A stretch of DNA of 64,000 nucleotides from positions 64,001 through 128,000 of the forward strand of contig CAXXDN010000001.1 of NCBI GenBank assembly GCA_963667465.2, read 5' to 3'. The position numbers were made by a program, and so were the translations under genes. Every line of letters starts with the position of its first letter. The stretch's first letter is position 1. Of the stretch, positions 29,465-39,847 are shown piece after piece. Below the pieces are notes generated by a model. That model was given only the letters and a program-made list of their open reading frames with translations, was not told the origin of the DNA and did no database searches. Source of the stretch: Dehalococcoidia bacterium. Lineage in GTDB: Bacteria > Chloroflexota > Dehalococcoidia > UBA2979.

Positions 29465-31093
29465 CTACTCGAGGCTCACGAGGTATGGATAGTGCGGCTG
29501 TCCGCCCGTGTATACCTCGACCTCAAGATCTTCGTGCGCGTCCTCCAGCAATTCCCGAACCCGATCCGCCGAGCGGGCGGGCGCGTCCACACCAAGGTAG
29601 ACGGTCGCCAGCTCGAGCATGTCGTCGGACTCCAGCGCCTGCGAGACGCCGGCGAGCAGCGCGGCGTCGATGTCCTCCGCGCGCGCCACGAGGCGACCGT
29701 CGAGGATGGCGATCGCGTCGCCCGCCGTTACGCTCACGCCGTCGGCAGTCGCGTCGCGGACGGCGCGCGTGACCTCGACGCAGCGGGCAGAAGCGGCGGC
29801 GTTGGTGAGCGCCTGGGCGAGCGCCTCGGGCGACTCGCCAGGCACGAAGCTCAGGGCCGCGGCGAGGCCGGCGGCGACGGTGCGCGCGGGGACGACGCTG
29901 ATCAGGTCCGGCTCCTGCTGCGCGGCCTGCTCGGCGGCGAGCAATACGTTGGAATCGTTGGGCAGGATGAAGACCCGGTCTCGCCCGGCGCGGCGGGCCG
30001 CCTCGAGCAACTCGCCGGCGCTCGGGTTGTTCGTCGCGCCGCCGCTCACGATGCGGGTCACGCCGAGGTCGCGGAAGTGCGCCGTGAGCCCCGGGCCCTG
30101 CACGACGGCGACGAGGCCGACCGGAGGCGCGGGCGCGGCGTCGTCCTCGGCATCCTCGTGGCCCGCGGCCCAGCTCTCGTGCTGGGCCTGCATGTTGTCG
30201 ACCTTGACGCTCTGCAGGCCGCCGTGGGCGGCGCCCCTGGAGAGCGCGACGCCGGGATCCTCCATGTGCACGTGCACGCGCAGCGCCGAGGGGTCGCCGA
30301 CGACGAGCACGGACTCGCCCTCGGCCTCGCTGAGCTCGGTGGCCAGCACGGCGCGCTCGAGGCCCTGCCCCTGCACGATGTACTCGACGCAGTAGCCGTG
30401 GCCCTCGTGCGCGACGCCGCCGAGGTCGACCGCGCCCGTGGGGGCGGGCGGGGGCTCGGGCAGCGCCTCGCCGCGCACGCCGTAGAGCAGGCCCGCCAGC
30501 ACGACGGCGACGCCCTGCCCGCCGGCGTCCACGACGCCCGCCTCCTGCAGCCGCGGCAGCAGCTCCGGCGTGCGCTCCACGCTCGCCTCCGCCTCCTCGA
30601 CGGCGACCGCCAGCAGCTCGTCGAGGGCGAGCGCGGCGGCGGCGTCCGCCGCGACCGCGGCGGCCTCGCGCATCACGGTGAGCATCGTGCCCTCGACGGG
30701 CTCGGGCACGGCGCCGTAGGCGACCGCCGAGGCAGTGCTGAGGGCGGTGCGCAGCTCCGCGGGCCCGAGCGCCTCAACGCCCTCGAGGCCGTCGGCGAAG
30801 CCGCGCAGCATCTGGGAGAGGATGACGCCGCTGTTGCCGCGCGCGCCGAGCAATGCGGCGTCGGCGAGCGCCTTGCTGATCGCGCCCGCCGCGCCGGACT
30901 CGGGCAGGGCCGCGTTGGCGGCGCGCAGGGTGAGCAGCATATTGGTCCCGGTATCGCCGTCCGGGACGGGGTAGACGTTGATCGCGTTCAGCGCCTCGCG
31001 GTTGGCCTCGAGCCAGAGTTCGGCGACCTGGAGCGCGTGGCGCAGCTCCGTGCCGTCGAGGGCGCTAGGGGCGGTGGCGTCGGTCGAGGTCAT
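29465..31093 (-). CDS. DAK2-domain fatty acid kinase subunit (FakA/YloV)
   Basis: NVYPVPDGDTGTNM, GARGNSG, GYCVE, VHVH and GGQPHY. Confidence 0.93.
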   Translation of the reverse strand: MTSTDATAPSALDGTELRHALQVAELWLEANREALNAINVYPVPDGDTGTNMLLTLRAANAALPESGAAGAISKALADAALLGARGNSGVILSQMLRGFADGLEGVEALGPAELRTALSTASAVAYGAVPEPVEGTMLTVMREAAAVAADAAAALALDELLAVAVEEAEASVERTPELLPRLQEAGVVDAGGQGVAVVLAGLLYGVRGEALPEPPPAPTGAVDLGGVAHEGHGYCVEYIVQGQGLERAVLATELSEAEGESVLVVGDPSALRVHVHMEDPGVALSRGAAHGGLQSVKVDNMQAQHESWAAGHEDAEDDAAPAPPVGLVAVVQGPGLTAHFRDLGVTRIVSGGATNNPSAGELLEAARRAGRDRVFILPNDSNVLLAAEQAAQQEPDLISVVPARTVAAGLAAALSFVPGESPEALAQALTNAAASARCVEVTRAVRDATADGVSVTAGDAIAILDGRLVARAEDIDAALLAGVSQALESDDMLELATVYLGVDAPARSADRVRELLEDAHEDLEVEVYTGGQPHYPYLVSLE

Positions 31094-31220
31094 GGGCTGT
31101 TGCGTCCTCGTCGTTCGCGCCTCATGGCGCTGGCGGCGGCGTGGCGCAGCACCCGGTCCGGTGCTACGCTCTGATCCCGGTCAAGCATAGCGCGAGCCGC
31201 GCAACGAGAGATGGCGTCTC

Positions 31221-31478
31221 ATGGCCTCCGGAAAGTGCGACCTCTGTCCGAAGCGCACCGCCTTCGGCCGCAATATCCGGCACAAGCACTCCGGCCGCTG
31301 GGAGCGCAAGGCCCAGCGCACCAACCGCGAGTTCCGCCCCAACGTGCACAAGAAGCGGCTGCTGATCGACGGCCGCTGGAAGCGCGTCAACGTTTGCACG
31401 CGCTGCCTGCGCACGCAGCTCAAGCGCCTCGCCGAGGGCAAGCCCGCCATCCCCTCCGCGAGCACCGCCACCGCCTGA
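31221..31478 (+). CDS. rpmB: 50S ribosomal protein L28 (Zn-ribbon type)
   Basis: CDLC...FGRN...RTNREFRPNV...VCTRCLR. Confidence 0.93.
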   Translation: MASGKCDLCPKRTAFGRNIRHKHSGRWERKAQRTNREFRPNVHKKRLLIDGRWKRVNVCTRCLRTQLKRLAEGKPAIPSASTATA

Positions 31479-31527
31479 CCGTCCGCCCGACTCTCGCACC
31501 TGCCTCGACCGCAGTTGCGCGCGCCCG

Positions 31528-32208
31528 TCAGCCCTCGAGGGCAGCGCGCAGTGTTGCGAGCGCGGCCTGCGGCGTCTCGTTCGGGTTGTAGACCGCAGAG
31601 CCGGCGACCAGCAGGCTCGCGCCCGCGTGGGCGCACTGCAGCGCGTTGTGCGCTTTGACGCCGCCGTCGACCTCGATCACCGCGTCGCTCCCGAGCGCGT
31701 CGAGGGCGGCGCGCAGCTCGCGGACCTTGTCGAGCAGCTCCGGCATCAGCTCTTGCCCGCCGCGCCCGGGGTGCACGAGCATCACCGTCACCTCGTCGAG
31801 CTGCGGGAGCCAGGGCTGAAGCGCCGCGGCGGGCGTCTGCGGGCTGATCGCGATGCCGACCTCGCAGGACAGCTCGCGCGCTCGCGCGATCTCGCGCTGC
31901 GGCTCGTCCGTCGCCTCGAGGTGGAAGATCAGCCGCCCCGCGCCCGCCTCGGCCAGCGGCTCCAGCTGCTCGAGCGGGTCGGCCACCATCATGTGTGCCT
32001 CGATCGGCAGCGCGACCGCCTCGCGCACAGCCTCGACGATCAACGGGCCGAAGCTGATCTGCGGGACGAACTGCCCGTCCATCACGTCGATGTGCATCAC
32101 GTCGGCGCCGCCCGCCTCGGCAGCCTGCAGCTCCTCGGCGAGTCGCCCGAGATCTGCCGTGAGGATCGAGGGCGCGATGCCGGCGCGCCGCGCTGCCTCG
32201 CTGCTCAC
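31528..32208 (-). CDS. rpe: Ribulose-phosphate 3-epimerase
   Basis: IAPSIL, HIDVMDGQFVP, EVDGG and VAGSAV. Confidence 0.95.
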   Translation of the reverse strand: MSSEAARRAGIAPSILTADLGRLAEELQAAEAGGADVMHIDVMDGQFVPQISFGPLIVEAVREAVALPIEAHMMVADPLEQLEPLAEAGAGRLIFHLEATDEPQREIARARELSCEVGIAISPQTPAAALQPWLPQLDEVTVMLVHPGRGGQELMPELLDKVRELRAALDALGSDAVIEVDGGVKAHNALQCAHAGASLLVAGSAVYNPNETPQAALATLRAALEG

Positions 32209-33617
32209 TCCGCCTCCTCGGACGCGAGTCGCGTGCGGGCAGCCTGGCGCGCTTGCGCGACTGCCTGCGGCGCGGTGCCGCCGGTCGCGCTGCGCGCGGC
32301 CAGCGCGGCCTCAAGGCCGAGCGCAGGCGGCTCTGCGCCAAAGACCGGGTGCGCCTCGGCGAACTCGCCGGGCGTGAGGTCCTCGAACGCGCGGCCCTCC
32401 TGCTCGCAGCGCGCGACGAGCGCGCCGATCACCTCGTGCGCCTCGCGGAAGGGCACGCCGTTGCGCACGAGCTGGTCGGCGAGGTCGGTCGCGAGCGCGA
32501 AGTTCGCGACGGCCGCCGCGCGCCCGCGCTCGGCGTCGAAGCGCAGCGAGGGCAGCATCGCGGCTACCACGGCCAGCGAGGAGAGCAGCGTGTCGACTGT
32601 GTCGAAGAGCGACTCCTTGTCCTCCTGCAGGTCGCGGTTGTAGGCGAGCGGCTGGCCCTTGAGCAGCGTCAGCGCCTGCACGAGGTTGCCGATCACGCGC
32701 GCGCTCTTGCCCCTCGCCAGCTCCGCGACGTCCGGGTTGCGCTTCTGCGGCATGATGCTCGACCCCGTCGAGAAGGCGTCGTCGAGGCTCGCGAGGCCAA
32801 ACTCGGCCGAGGCCCAGAGCACGATCTCCTCGGACAGCCGCGAGAGGTGCGTCATCGCCAGCGCCGCCGCCGCGTGGACATCCACGACGAAGTCGCGGTC
32901 GGAGACGGCGTCGAGTGAGTTCGCCGAGACCGCCTCGAAGCCCAGCTCGTGCGCGACGAACTCGCGGTCGATCGGGTAGCCGACGCCGGCGAGGGCGCCC
33001 GAGCCGAGCGGCAGCACGTTGGCGCGCCCTCGCGCCTGCCGCAGCCGCTGAGCGTCGCGCGCGAACATCTCCTCGTAGGCGAGCAGGTGGTGGGCGAGCA
33101 GCACGGGCTGCGCACGCTGCAGGTGCGTGTAGCCGGGCACGACCGTCTCCGCCTCGCGGTCCGCGAGGTCGATCAGCGCGCCTCGCAGGGCGCGCAGGTG
33201 CGCGGCGGCCTCGTCGCAGGCGGCGCGCACGAACAGCCGCAGGTCGGTCGCCACCTGGTCGTTACGCGAGCGGGCGGTGTGGAGCCGCCGCGCCGGTTCG
33301 CCGATGCGCTCGGCAAGTGCGGCCTCGATGTTGAGGTGGATGTCCTCGCGGTCCTCGCGGAACTCGAAGCTCCCGGCCTCGATCTCCGCCTCGATGGCGC
33401 GCAGGCCCTCGACGATCGCGTCGCGGTCCAAATCCGCGATGATGCCCTGCTTCGCGAGCATGCGGGCGTGCGCGATCGAGCCCGCGATGTCCTCGCGGTA
33501 GAGCCGCCGGTCGAAGGCGATGGACGCGGTGTAGGCCTCGACGAGCGCGTCGGTAGGCGCGCTGAAGCGCCCGCCCCAGAGCTTGTCGCCCCCCTGCTGT
33601 TCAGCCTCGTCCACCAT
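32205..33617 (-). CDS. argH: Argininosuccinate lyase
   Basis: KLWGGRF, HTARSRNDQ and GSSIMPQKRNPD. Confidence 0.97.
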   Translation of the reverse strand: MVDEAEQQGGDKLWGGRFSAPTDALVEAYTASIAFDRRLYREDIAGSIAHARMLAKQGIIADLDRDAIVEGLRAIEAEIEAGSFEFREDREDIHLNIEAALAERIGEPARRLHTARSRNDQVATDLRLFVRAACDEAAAHLRALRGALIDLADREAETVVPGYTHLQRAQPVLLAHHLLAYEEMFARDAQRLRQARGRANVLPLGSGALAGVGYPIDREFVAHELGFEAVSANSLDAVSDRDFVVDVHAAAALAMTHLSRLSEEIVLWASAEFGLASLDDAFSTGSSIMPQKRNPDVAELARGKSARVIGNLVQALTLLKGQPLAYNRDLQEDKESLFDTVDTLLSSLAVVAAMLPSLRFDAERGRAAAVANFALATDLADQLVRNGVPFREAHEVIGALVARCEQEGRAFEDLTPGEFAEAHPVFGAEPPALGLEAALAARSATGGTAPQAVAQARQAARTRLASEEAE

Positions 33618-33664
33618 CGTTCGAGGCTAGCACCGCGCGCGTGCGACGCGCGAGCGGGGGCGCC

Positions 33665-34042
33665 TCAGGCAGCGAGCGGCGCCAGCAACTCAAGCAGCTG
33701 CCCCATGCTCTCGATGTCGCGGCCGATGGCTGAGGAGTCAAGATGCCGCTTTCGACGATAGTAGTTGCCGTGCAGGTCGTTGGCGATGGCGCGCAGACCC
33801 GGCAGGAGGTCGTCGCCGGTGAGCCAACAGACGCGATTGAGCACAACGCTGAAGTCGGCGTGGGTCTCGTATTCCCAGCCCTGGGCCGCGGCCACGGCCT
33901 TCGCCATGTGCGAGGCCGCCCCCCAACCCTTCTCGGAGGCCTGATGCAGGTCGCCCGCGGCCAGATACTCCCGGGCCTTCGCCAGGAACTCTCGCGCCTG
34001 CGCCGTGTAGTCGGCTACCTCGACGGGATCGACGGCTGTCAT
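33665..34042 (-). CDS. PaREP1-like (HEPN superfamily) protein
   Basis: AGDLHQASEKGWGAA and ANDLHGNYY. Confidence 0.8.
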   Translation of the reverse strand: MTAVDPVEVADYTAQAREFLAKAREYLAAGDLHQASEKGWGAASHMAKAVAAAQGWEYETHADFSVVLNRVCWLTGDDLLPGLRAIANDLHGNYYRRKRHLDSSAIGRDIESMGQLLELLAPLAA

Positions 34043-34086
34043 GACACGCGTTTAGCACCGCGCTCCCGCGCCGTACCCGCTCCCCC

Positions 34087-35325
34087 CTACTCCTCGCCGG
34101 GTGCGGCGAGGCGCAGCGGGTCCGGGGACTCGCGTAGCAGCTGCTGGCGGGCCTGGACCTCCAACGGGAGGCCCCAGAGCTTGATGAAGCCCAGCGCCGC
34201 CTGCTGGTCGAAGGCGTCGTCGGAGCCGTACGTCGCCAGCTCGAAGTGGTAGAGGCTGCTATCCGAGGCGACGCCGACCGCCTCGGCGTGGCCTCGCCAG
34301 AAGCGCAGCCGCACCTCGCCCGTGACGTGGCGCTGCGTGGAGTGCACATAGGCGGCGAGGTCCTGGTGGTGCGCACTGAACCAGAGGCCCTCGTAGACGA
34401 GGTCCGCGTAGTCCTGCGCGACCCGCTCTTTCATCCGCAGCTGTTGCTTGCTCAGCGTCAGCGTCTCCAGCTTGCGGTGTGCGGCGAGCAGCGCGACGGC
34501 CGCCGGCGCCTCGTAGACCTCGCGCGACTTGATGCCCACCAGGCGGTTCTCGACCATGTCGATCCGCCCGACGCCATGCACACCCGCAATCTCGTTAAGC
34601 CGCTCGACGAGCGGCACGGGCGCCATCGCCTCGCCGTCGAGGGCCACCGGGACGCCCTGCTCGAAGCGCAACTCGACGCTGGCCGGCTCGGCGGGCGTGT
34701 TGTCCAGCGGCTGCGTCCAGGCGTAGGCGTCCTCGGGCGGTGTCAGCCACGGATCCTCGAGCACGCCCGCCTCGATGGCGCGGCCCCACATGTTCTCGTC
34801 GACGGAGAACGGCGAGGCCTTGCCGCTCTCGACGGAGATGCCGTGCTTTCGGCAGTAGGCGAGCGCCTCGTCGCGTGTCCACTCGTTCTCGCGCGCCGTG
34901 CCGACAATCGCGAGGTCCGGAGCGAGCGCGCGCAGCGCGACGTCGAAGCGGACCTGGTCGTTGCCCTTGCCGGTACAGCCGTGCGCGACGGCCGCCGCGC
35001 CGCTTTCGCGCGCCTTGTCGACGAGCAGCTTCGCGATCAGCGGCCGCCCGAGGGCGGTCGCGAGCGGATAGGCGCCCTCGTAGACGGCGTTCGCCGCCAG
35101 CGCAGGGAAGGCGAAGTAGCGCAGGAAGTCCTCGCGCGCGTCGACGACCGCGAACTCCTTCGCGCCCGCCTCGCCGGCGCGGCGCTCCGCGCCCTCGATG
35201 TCGCCGACGTTGCCGAGGTCGGCCAGCAGGCAGACGACCTCGTAGTCGCGCTCTTCCTGCAGCCACTTGACGGCCGCCGAGGTGTCGAGTCCGCCCGAGT
35301 AGGCGAGGACGATGCTGTCGCTCAC
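34087..35325 (-). CDS. argG: Argininosuccinate synthase
   Basis: LAYSGGLDTS, HGCTGKGNDQVRF and ENRLVGIKSRE. Confidence 0.97.
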   Translation of the reverse strand: MSDSIVLAYSGGLDTSAAVKWLQEERDYEVVCLLADLGNVGDIEGAERRAGEAGAKEFAVVDAREDFLRYFAFPALAANAVYEGAYPLATALGRPLIAKLLVDKARESGAAAVAHGCTGKGNDQVRFDVALRALAPDLAIVGTARENEWTRDEALAYCRKHGISVESGKASPFSVDENMWGRAIEAGVLEDPWLTPPEDAYAWTQPLDNTPAEPASVELRFEQGVPVALDGEAMAPVPLVERLNEIAGVHGVGRIDMVENRLVGIKSREVYEAPAAVALLAAHRKLETLTLSKQQLRMKERVAQDYADLVYEGLWFSAHHQDLAAYVHSTQRHVTGEVRLRFWRGHAEAVGVASDSSLYHFELATYGSDDAFDQQAALGFIKLWGLPLEVQARQQLLRESPDPLRLAAPGEE

Positions 35326-35355
35326 GGTCCGGCTCCGCTCACAGTCTGGCTCCGC

Positions 35356-35754
35356 TCATGCGCCGGCCACCAGCGGCGAGGCGATCTCGATCATGACGCC
35401 ATCGGGATCGCGCACGCAGGCGGTGGTCTGGCCCCAGGGTTGCTCGCTTGGCGGTGACAGCGGCGTGGCGCCGGCGGCGACCGCCTGCTCGTACGCGGCC
35501 GCCACGTCGTCGCTGCGGAAGGAGATGGTGAAGCCGGGGGCGGGCTCGTCCGGGTCGCTCTCGCGAATCGGCGCGGGCATATGCACAGCGGCGAAGCGGT
35601 TCGAGGCAAAGGCGAGCGCCGTCGATCCCGTCTCCAGCTCCGCGTAGTCCTTCGTCTCGACAATGAAGCGCAGCTCCAGGCCGAAGGCGCGCCGGTAGAA
35701 GCGCACTGCCGCCTCGACGCTCTTGACGTAGACGATCGTCCAGCCCAGTTCCAT
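35356..35754 (-). CDS. VOC/glyoxalase family protein
   Basis: FYRRAFGL and PWGQTTACVRDPDGVMIEI. Confidence 0.88.
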   Translation of the reverse strand: MELGWTIVYVKSVEAAVRFYRRAFGLELRFIVETKDYAELETGSTALAFASNRFAAVHMPAPIRESDPDEPAPGFTISFRSDDVAAAYEQAVAAGATPLSPPSEQPWGQTTACVRDPDGVMIEIASPLVAGA

Positions 35755-35782
35755 GGATCGAGGCTCCCGGCGGTACTCCCGG

Positions 35783-36973
35783 TCAGGCAGTGACCTCGGT
35801 GATCGCGTCGTCGATGATCGCGACGCAGCGGTCGATCTCCTCGGCGCTGACGTTCAGCGGCGGCATCAGCCGCACCACGTCCGGCCGCACGGGGTTGAGC
35901 AGCAACCCACGGCCCACCGAGTTCACCACGACGTCCGGCGCGATCGCGTCGTTGAGTTCGAGGCCGATGAGCAGGCCGCGGCCGCGCACGCCTCTGACGA
36001 CGGAGTGCTTCTCGCCGAGCGCGCCGAGGGCGGCCGCCGCCTGGGCGCCGCGCTCGCGCACGTTCTGCAGGATGTCGCCCTCGATGACGCGCCGCACCAC
36101 GTGGGCAGCGGCGGCGGTGGCCAGCGGCTGCCCGCCGAAGGTGCTGCCGTGGTCGCCCGGCTCGAAGACGTTGGCGCTCTCCTTGCAGAGCAGCGCGCCG
36201 ATCGGGACGCCGCCTCCAAGGGCCTTCGCGCTCGTCATCACGTCCGGCTCGATGCCGGCCTGCTCGTGCGCCCAGAGCGTTCCGGTGCGGCCCATGCCGA
36301 CCTGGATCTCGTCGAGGATCAGGAGCAGCTGCTGCTCGTCGCACCACTCGCGCAGCTTGCGCAGGTAGTCGTCGCTGGGAACGATGATCCCGCCCTCGCC
36401 CTGGATCGGCTCCACCATCACCGCCGCGGTCTGCGGCGAGGTCGCCGCCTGGACCGCCTCGATGTCGTCGAAGTCGACGTGCACGAAGCCGGGCACCAGC
36501 GGCTCGAACGGCTCGCGGTAGGCGGGGGTGCCCGTCGCGGCGACGGTCGCCATCGTGCGGCCGAGGAAGCCGTTGTGGGTCACGATGATCTCGCCCGCGC
36601 CGTCCTTGCGGACGCGGCCCCACTTGCGCGCCAGCTTGAGCGCGCCCTCGTTCGCCTCGGCGCCCGAGTTCGCGAAGAAGACGCGATCCATCGGCGAGTT
36701 GTCGATCAGCAACTGCGCGAGCTCGATCTGCGGCTCCGTGAAGAAGATGTTGGAGCAGTGGATCAGCGTGGCTGCCTGCTCGCTGATCGCCTGCGCCAGC
36801 CCCGGGTCGGCGTGGCCGAAGGTGTTGGTCGAGATCCCGGCGACGAAGTCGAGGTACTCCTTGCCGTCGCTGTCCCAGACGCGCGTGCCCTCGCCGCGCA
36901 CGAGGGTGACCGGCAGCCGCCGGGCGGCCTGCATGTAGAGCTGTGCTTCCAGGGCCTGAGTGTCATCGCTCAC
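35783..36973 (-). CDS. argD: Acetylornithine aminotransferase
   Basis: NSGAEANEG, EPIQGEGG, DEIQ.GMGRTG, AKALGGG and HGSTFGG; arg operon context. Confidence 0.92.
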   Translation of the reverse strand: MSDDTQALEAQLYMQAARRLPVTLVRGEGTRVWDSDGKEYLDFVAGISTNTFGHADPGLAQAISEQAATLIHCSNIFFTEPQIELAQLLIDNSPMDRVFFANSGAEANEGALKLARKWGRVRKDGAGEIIVTHNGFLGRTMATVAATGTPAYREPFEPLVPGFVHVDFDDIEAVQAATSPQTAAVMVEPIQGEGGIIVPSDDYLRKLREWCDEQQLLLILDEIQVGMGRTGTLWAHEQAGIEPDVMTSAKALGGGVPIGALLCKESANVFEPGDHGSTFGGQPLATAAAAHVVRRVIEGDILQNVRERGAQAAAALGALGEKHSVVRGVRGRGLLIGLELNDAIAPDVVVNSVGRGLLLNPVRPDVVRLMPPLNVSAEEIDRCVAIIDDAITEVTA

Positions 36974-37052
36974 GCGTGCGCTCCCGTGCTGATCGCTTCT
37001 GCTGTCGTCTCGCCGTCCGTGTGCGGCAGCGCGCGCGGTCCGTCCGTGCGCG

Positions 37053-39845
37053 CTACTGGGACTCGCTCTGTCCGAGCTGCTCGAGGATCGCGCGCAGCCG
37101 GTCGAGTTCGGTCTGCGCGGCGTCTGCCGCGTCCTGCGCCTGCTGCAGCAGATCGCCGAAGTCGCCCGAGGGCGCCACCGGACGGGTGGTGTCGTCCGAA
37201 TCGTCGTCGCCCGTGGCGGGCTGCGTGGCGAGCGAGCCGTCTTCGCCCGGCACCGACGAGGGAATGCGGCCGAAGACCACGTCGAGCGCGCGCTCGAAGG
37301 TCGGCTCGAGAGCGATGTTATCGCCGTTCGCCACGACGACGCGCTTGAGTTCGGGAATACGCGAGCTCTCCGCCTGCAGGTACACCGGCTCGATGAAGAG
37401 GAACGACTCGCCGATCGGGATCATCAGCAGGTTGCCGCGGATGACCTCGGAACCCGCGCCCTCCCAGAGCGAGAACTGGGCGGAGATGCCCGGATTCTGG
37501 TCGATGCGCGCCTCGATCTGGGCCGGCCCGTATACGACTTCGTCGGTGGGGAAGCGGTAGGCGCGCAGCGTGCCGAGGTTGTCGCCGTCCGAGCGGCCGG
37601 CAAGCCAGGCGATGGTGTTCTGCTTGTTGCGAGGGGTGAAGGGCAGGATCAGCGAGAATTCCTCGGTCTCCTCGCCCGGCAGCTTCATGATCACGTAGTA
37701 CGGCTCGAGCGGCTGCTCCTGCTGGCGGAACTTCTCCGTCGGCACGGCCCAGAGGTCCTCGCCGATGAAGAAGGTGCGGGGATCCTGGATGTGGTAGCGC
37801 AGGTACTGCTCGGCCTGCAGCCGGAACAGGTCCTCCGGGTAGCGCAGGTGAGCGCGCATCGACTGCGGCATCTCGCTGATGGGCGTGAACATGTCCGGGA
37901 AGATCTTCGCCCACGTCGCGACGATCGGGTCGTCCTCGTCGATCAGGTAGAAGGTCATGTCGCCGGTCTGCGCGTTGAGGACGACCTTGACGCTGTTGCG
38001 GACGTAGTTGATGGAGCCCAGGTGCTGGGAGTAGGGGTAGCTCCCGGACGTCGTGTAGGCGTCCTGGATCCAGTTGAGCTCGCCGTCGACCACCACCAGG
38101 TAGGGGTCCGAGTCCAGTTCGAGGAACGGCGCCACCTTGCGGATGCGGTCCCCAAGCGAGCGGTGAATCAGCAGCCGCGAGTCGGAGTTCAACTGGCTCG
38201 AGATCAGCACGTTTCGATCGCCCAGTTCCCAGGCCAGCGCGAAGCGGCGCAGGATGTTGGAGAGCACGATGCCGCGGTCAGGCTCGTAGAACGTCTCGAC
38301 GGTCGTGTCGCCCGTGGGGTAATCGAACTCCCCCTCGTTCGTGTTGACAATGACGTAGTGGTTGGTGAGCTCGCCGAAGTAGATGCGGGCGCCGCTCTCC
38401 GAGATCGGGACCTCTTCGCCGACGGGCGGGATGTCGCCCGTGAGCAGCACCGGCAGGCCCTCGGGGGTGATCTCGTTGACACGCGCGACCACGGCGCCGT
38501 AGCCGTGCGTGAACTGGAGCCGCTGCTGCGTCCAGCCGGACCCCCCGGTCTGCGTCGCCCGTGTCAGGTCGAGCTCACGAGGCGCCAGCATCACCTGCTG
38601 CAACGCGCCGTCGATGATGTAGCGATCGACATCGATGTCATCGAACTGGTAGAGCGGGCGAATCGACTGGATCTGGTTGAACGTGTCGCGCATCGGCCGC
38701 GGGTCGAGCAGGCGCACGTTGTCGAGCGTCGTCTGGTTGGCGGCGATCTCTTCCTCGGTCACGGCCGGCTCGGCGGGGAAGGTGGTCTCGACGACCTCGC
38801 TGAGGCCCCAGGCCTGGCGGGTGCCCTCGATGTTCCGGCCGATGTAGATCTGTTCCTTCTCCAGCTCGTTGGGGTCGACCTGGAAGGACTGGACGAAGGA
38901 GGGGTAGATGAAGCCACCGACGATCCCGGCAATCACCCAGAGGCTGACCAGGAACGCAGGCGCGCGCCAGCTGCTGCTGAGCAGCGAGTTGACGATCGTC
39001 ACCAGTCCGGCGAAGGCCCCGAGCGCGACCAGCACGTAGCGCGCGGGCAGCCGCGCGTTGATGTCCGTGAACGTCGCCCCCGTCACGATCCCGCCCGGCG
39101 AGGTCACGAGATCGAACACGGCGAGGTACGACCCGCCGGCGATCACGAGCAGGATCAGCCCGCCGAGCACGGAGATGTGGATGCGCATCCCGCGCGTCAT
39201 CCGCACCTCGAAGCGCTGCAGCGAGAACGTCAGCCCGTAGACCGCGCCCGCCCCCAGCACCGAGAGCACCAGCAGCGAGAGCACCCAGCCCTGGATCACG
39301 TGATAGGCCGGCAGGGTGAAGAGGTAGAAGGAGACGTCCCGGCCGAACACCGCATCCTCGATGCCGAACTCGACGCCGTTGAGCCAGATCAGGATCGTCT
39401 CCCACGACCCGGCCGCGACGCCGCCGAAGATGATCGCGATGAAGATCGTCAGCGCCGCCAGGCCGACCGTGACGACGCGCCGGATCGCCGCCGCGTCGAT
39501 GTCCTCGATGAACGATTCCTCGACGCCCTGCGGGGCGAGCCGCCGCGCCAGCCAGACGTTGAGACCGAGCACGAGCCCGGCAACCACCGTGCCGATCGCG
39601 AGCAGCGAGATGCGCGCCGTCAGGACGCGCCGGAAGTTGCCCTCGTACTCGACGGACTCGAACCAGAGGAAGTCGACGTAGATCGACTTCGCCCAGCTGG
39701 CGACCACGAACAGCACGACGAACGCGGCGGCGACGGCGACCCAGCGGAGGGGTACGGGGGAACGGAAGCCCGATCCGCCGAGGCGGAACGGTTCTGGCGG
39801 TGGACCCAGATCGTCGCGGTCTTGGCGGTCGTCGAAGAAGCCCAG
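37053..39845 (-). CDS. UPF0182 family membrane protein (probable CTG start)
   Basis: DFLWF, D..FGRDVSFY.F.LP, THGYG, NYVRNSVK, LRYPEDLF and VIRGNLL. The frame extends 43 codons above the ORF-track start. Confidence 0.9.
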   Translation of the reverse strand: MGFFDDRQDRDDLGPPPEPFRLGGSGFRSPVPLRWVAVAAAFVVLFVVASWAKSIYVDFLWFESVEYEGNFRRVLTARISLLAIGTVVAGLVLGLNVWLARRLAPQGVEESFIEDIDAAAIRRVVTVGLAALTIFIAIIFGGVAAGSWETILIWLNGVEFGIEDAVFGRDVSFYLFTLPAYHVIQGWVLSLLVLSVLGAGAVYGLTFSLQRFEVRMTRGMRIHISVLGGLILLVIAGGSYLAVFDLVTSPGGIVTGATFTDINARLPARYVLVALGAFAGLVTIVNSLLSSSWRAPAFLVSLWVIAGIVGGFIYPSFVQSFQVDPNELEKEQIYIGRNIEGTRQAWGLSEVVETTFPAEPAVTEEEIAANQTTLDNVRLLDPRPMRDTFNQIQSIRPLYQFDDIDVDRYIIDGALQQVMLAPRELDLTRATQTGGSGWTQQRLQFTHGYGAVVARVNEITPEGLPVLLTGDIPPVGEEVPISESGARIYFGELTNHYVIVNTNEGEFDYPTGDTTVETFYEPDRGIVLSNILRRFALAWELGDRNVLISSQLNSDSRLLIHRSLGDRIRKVAPFLELDSDPYLVVVDGELNWIQDAYTTSGSYPYSQHLGSINYVRNSVKVVLNAQTGDMTFYLIDEDDPIVATWAKIFPDMFTPISEMPQSMRAHLRYPEDLFRLQAEQYLRYHIQDPRTFFIGEDLWAVPTEKFRQQEQPLEPYYVIMKLPGEETEEFSLILPFTPRNKQNTIAWLAGRSDGDNLGTLRAYRFPTDEVVYGPAQIEARIDQNPGISAQFSLWEGAGSEVIRGNLLMIPIGESFLFIEPVYLQAESSRIPELKRVVVANGDNIALEPTFERALDVVFGRIPSSVPGEDGSLATQPATGDDDSDDTTRPVAPSGDFGDLLQQAQDAADAAQTELDRLRAILEQLGQSESQ

Positions 39846-39847
39846 TT

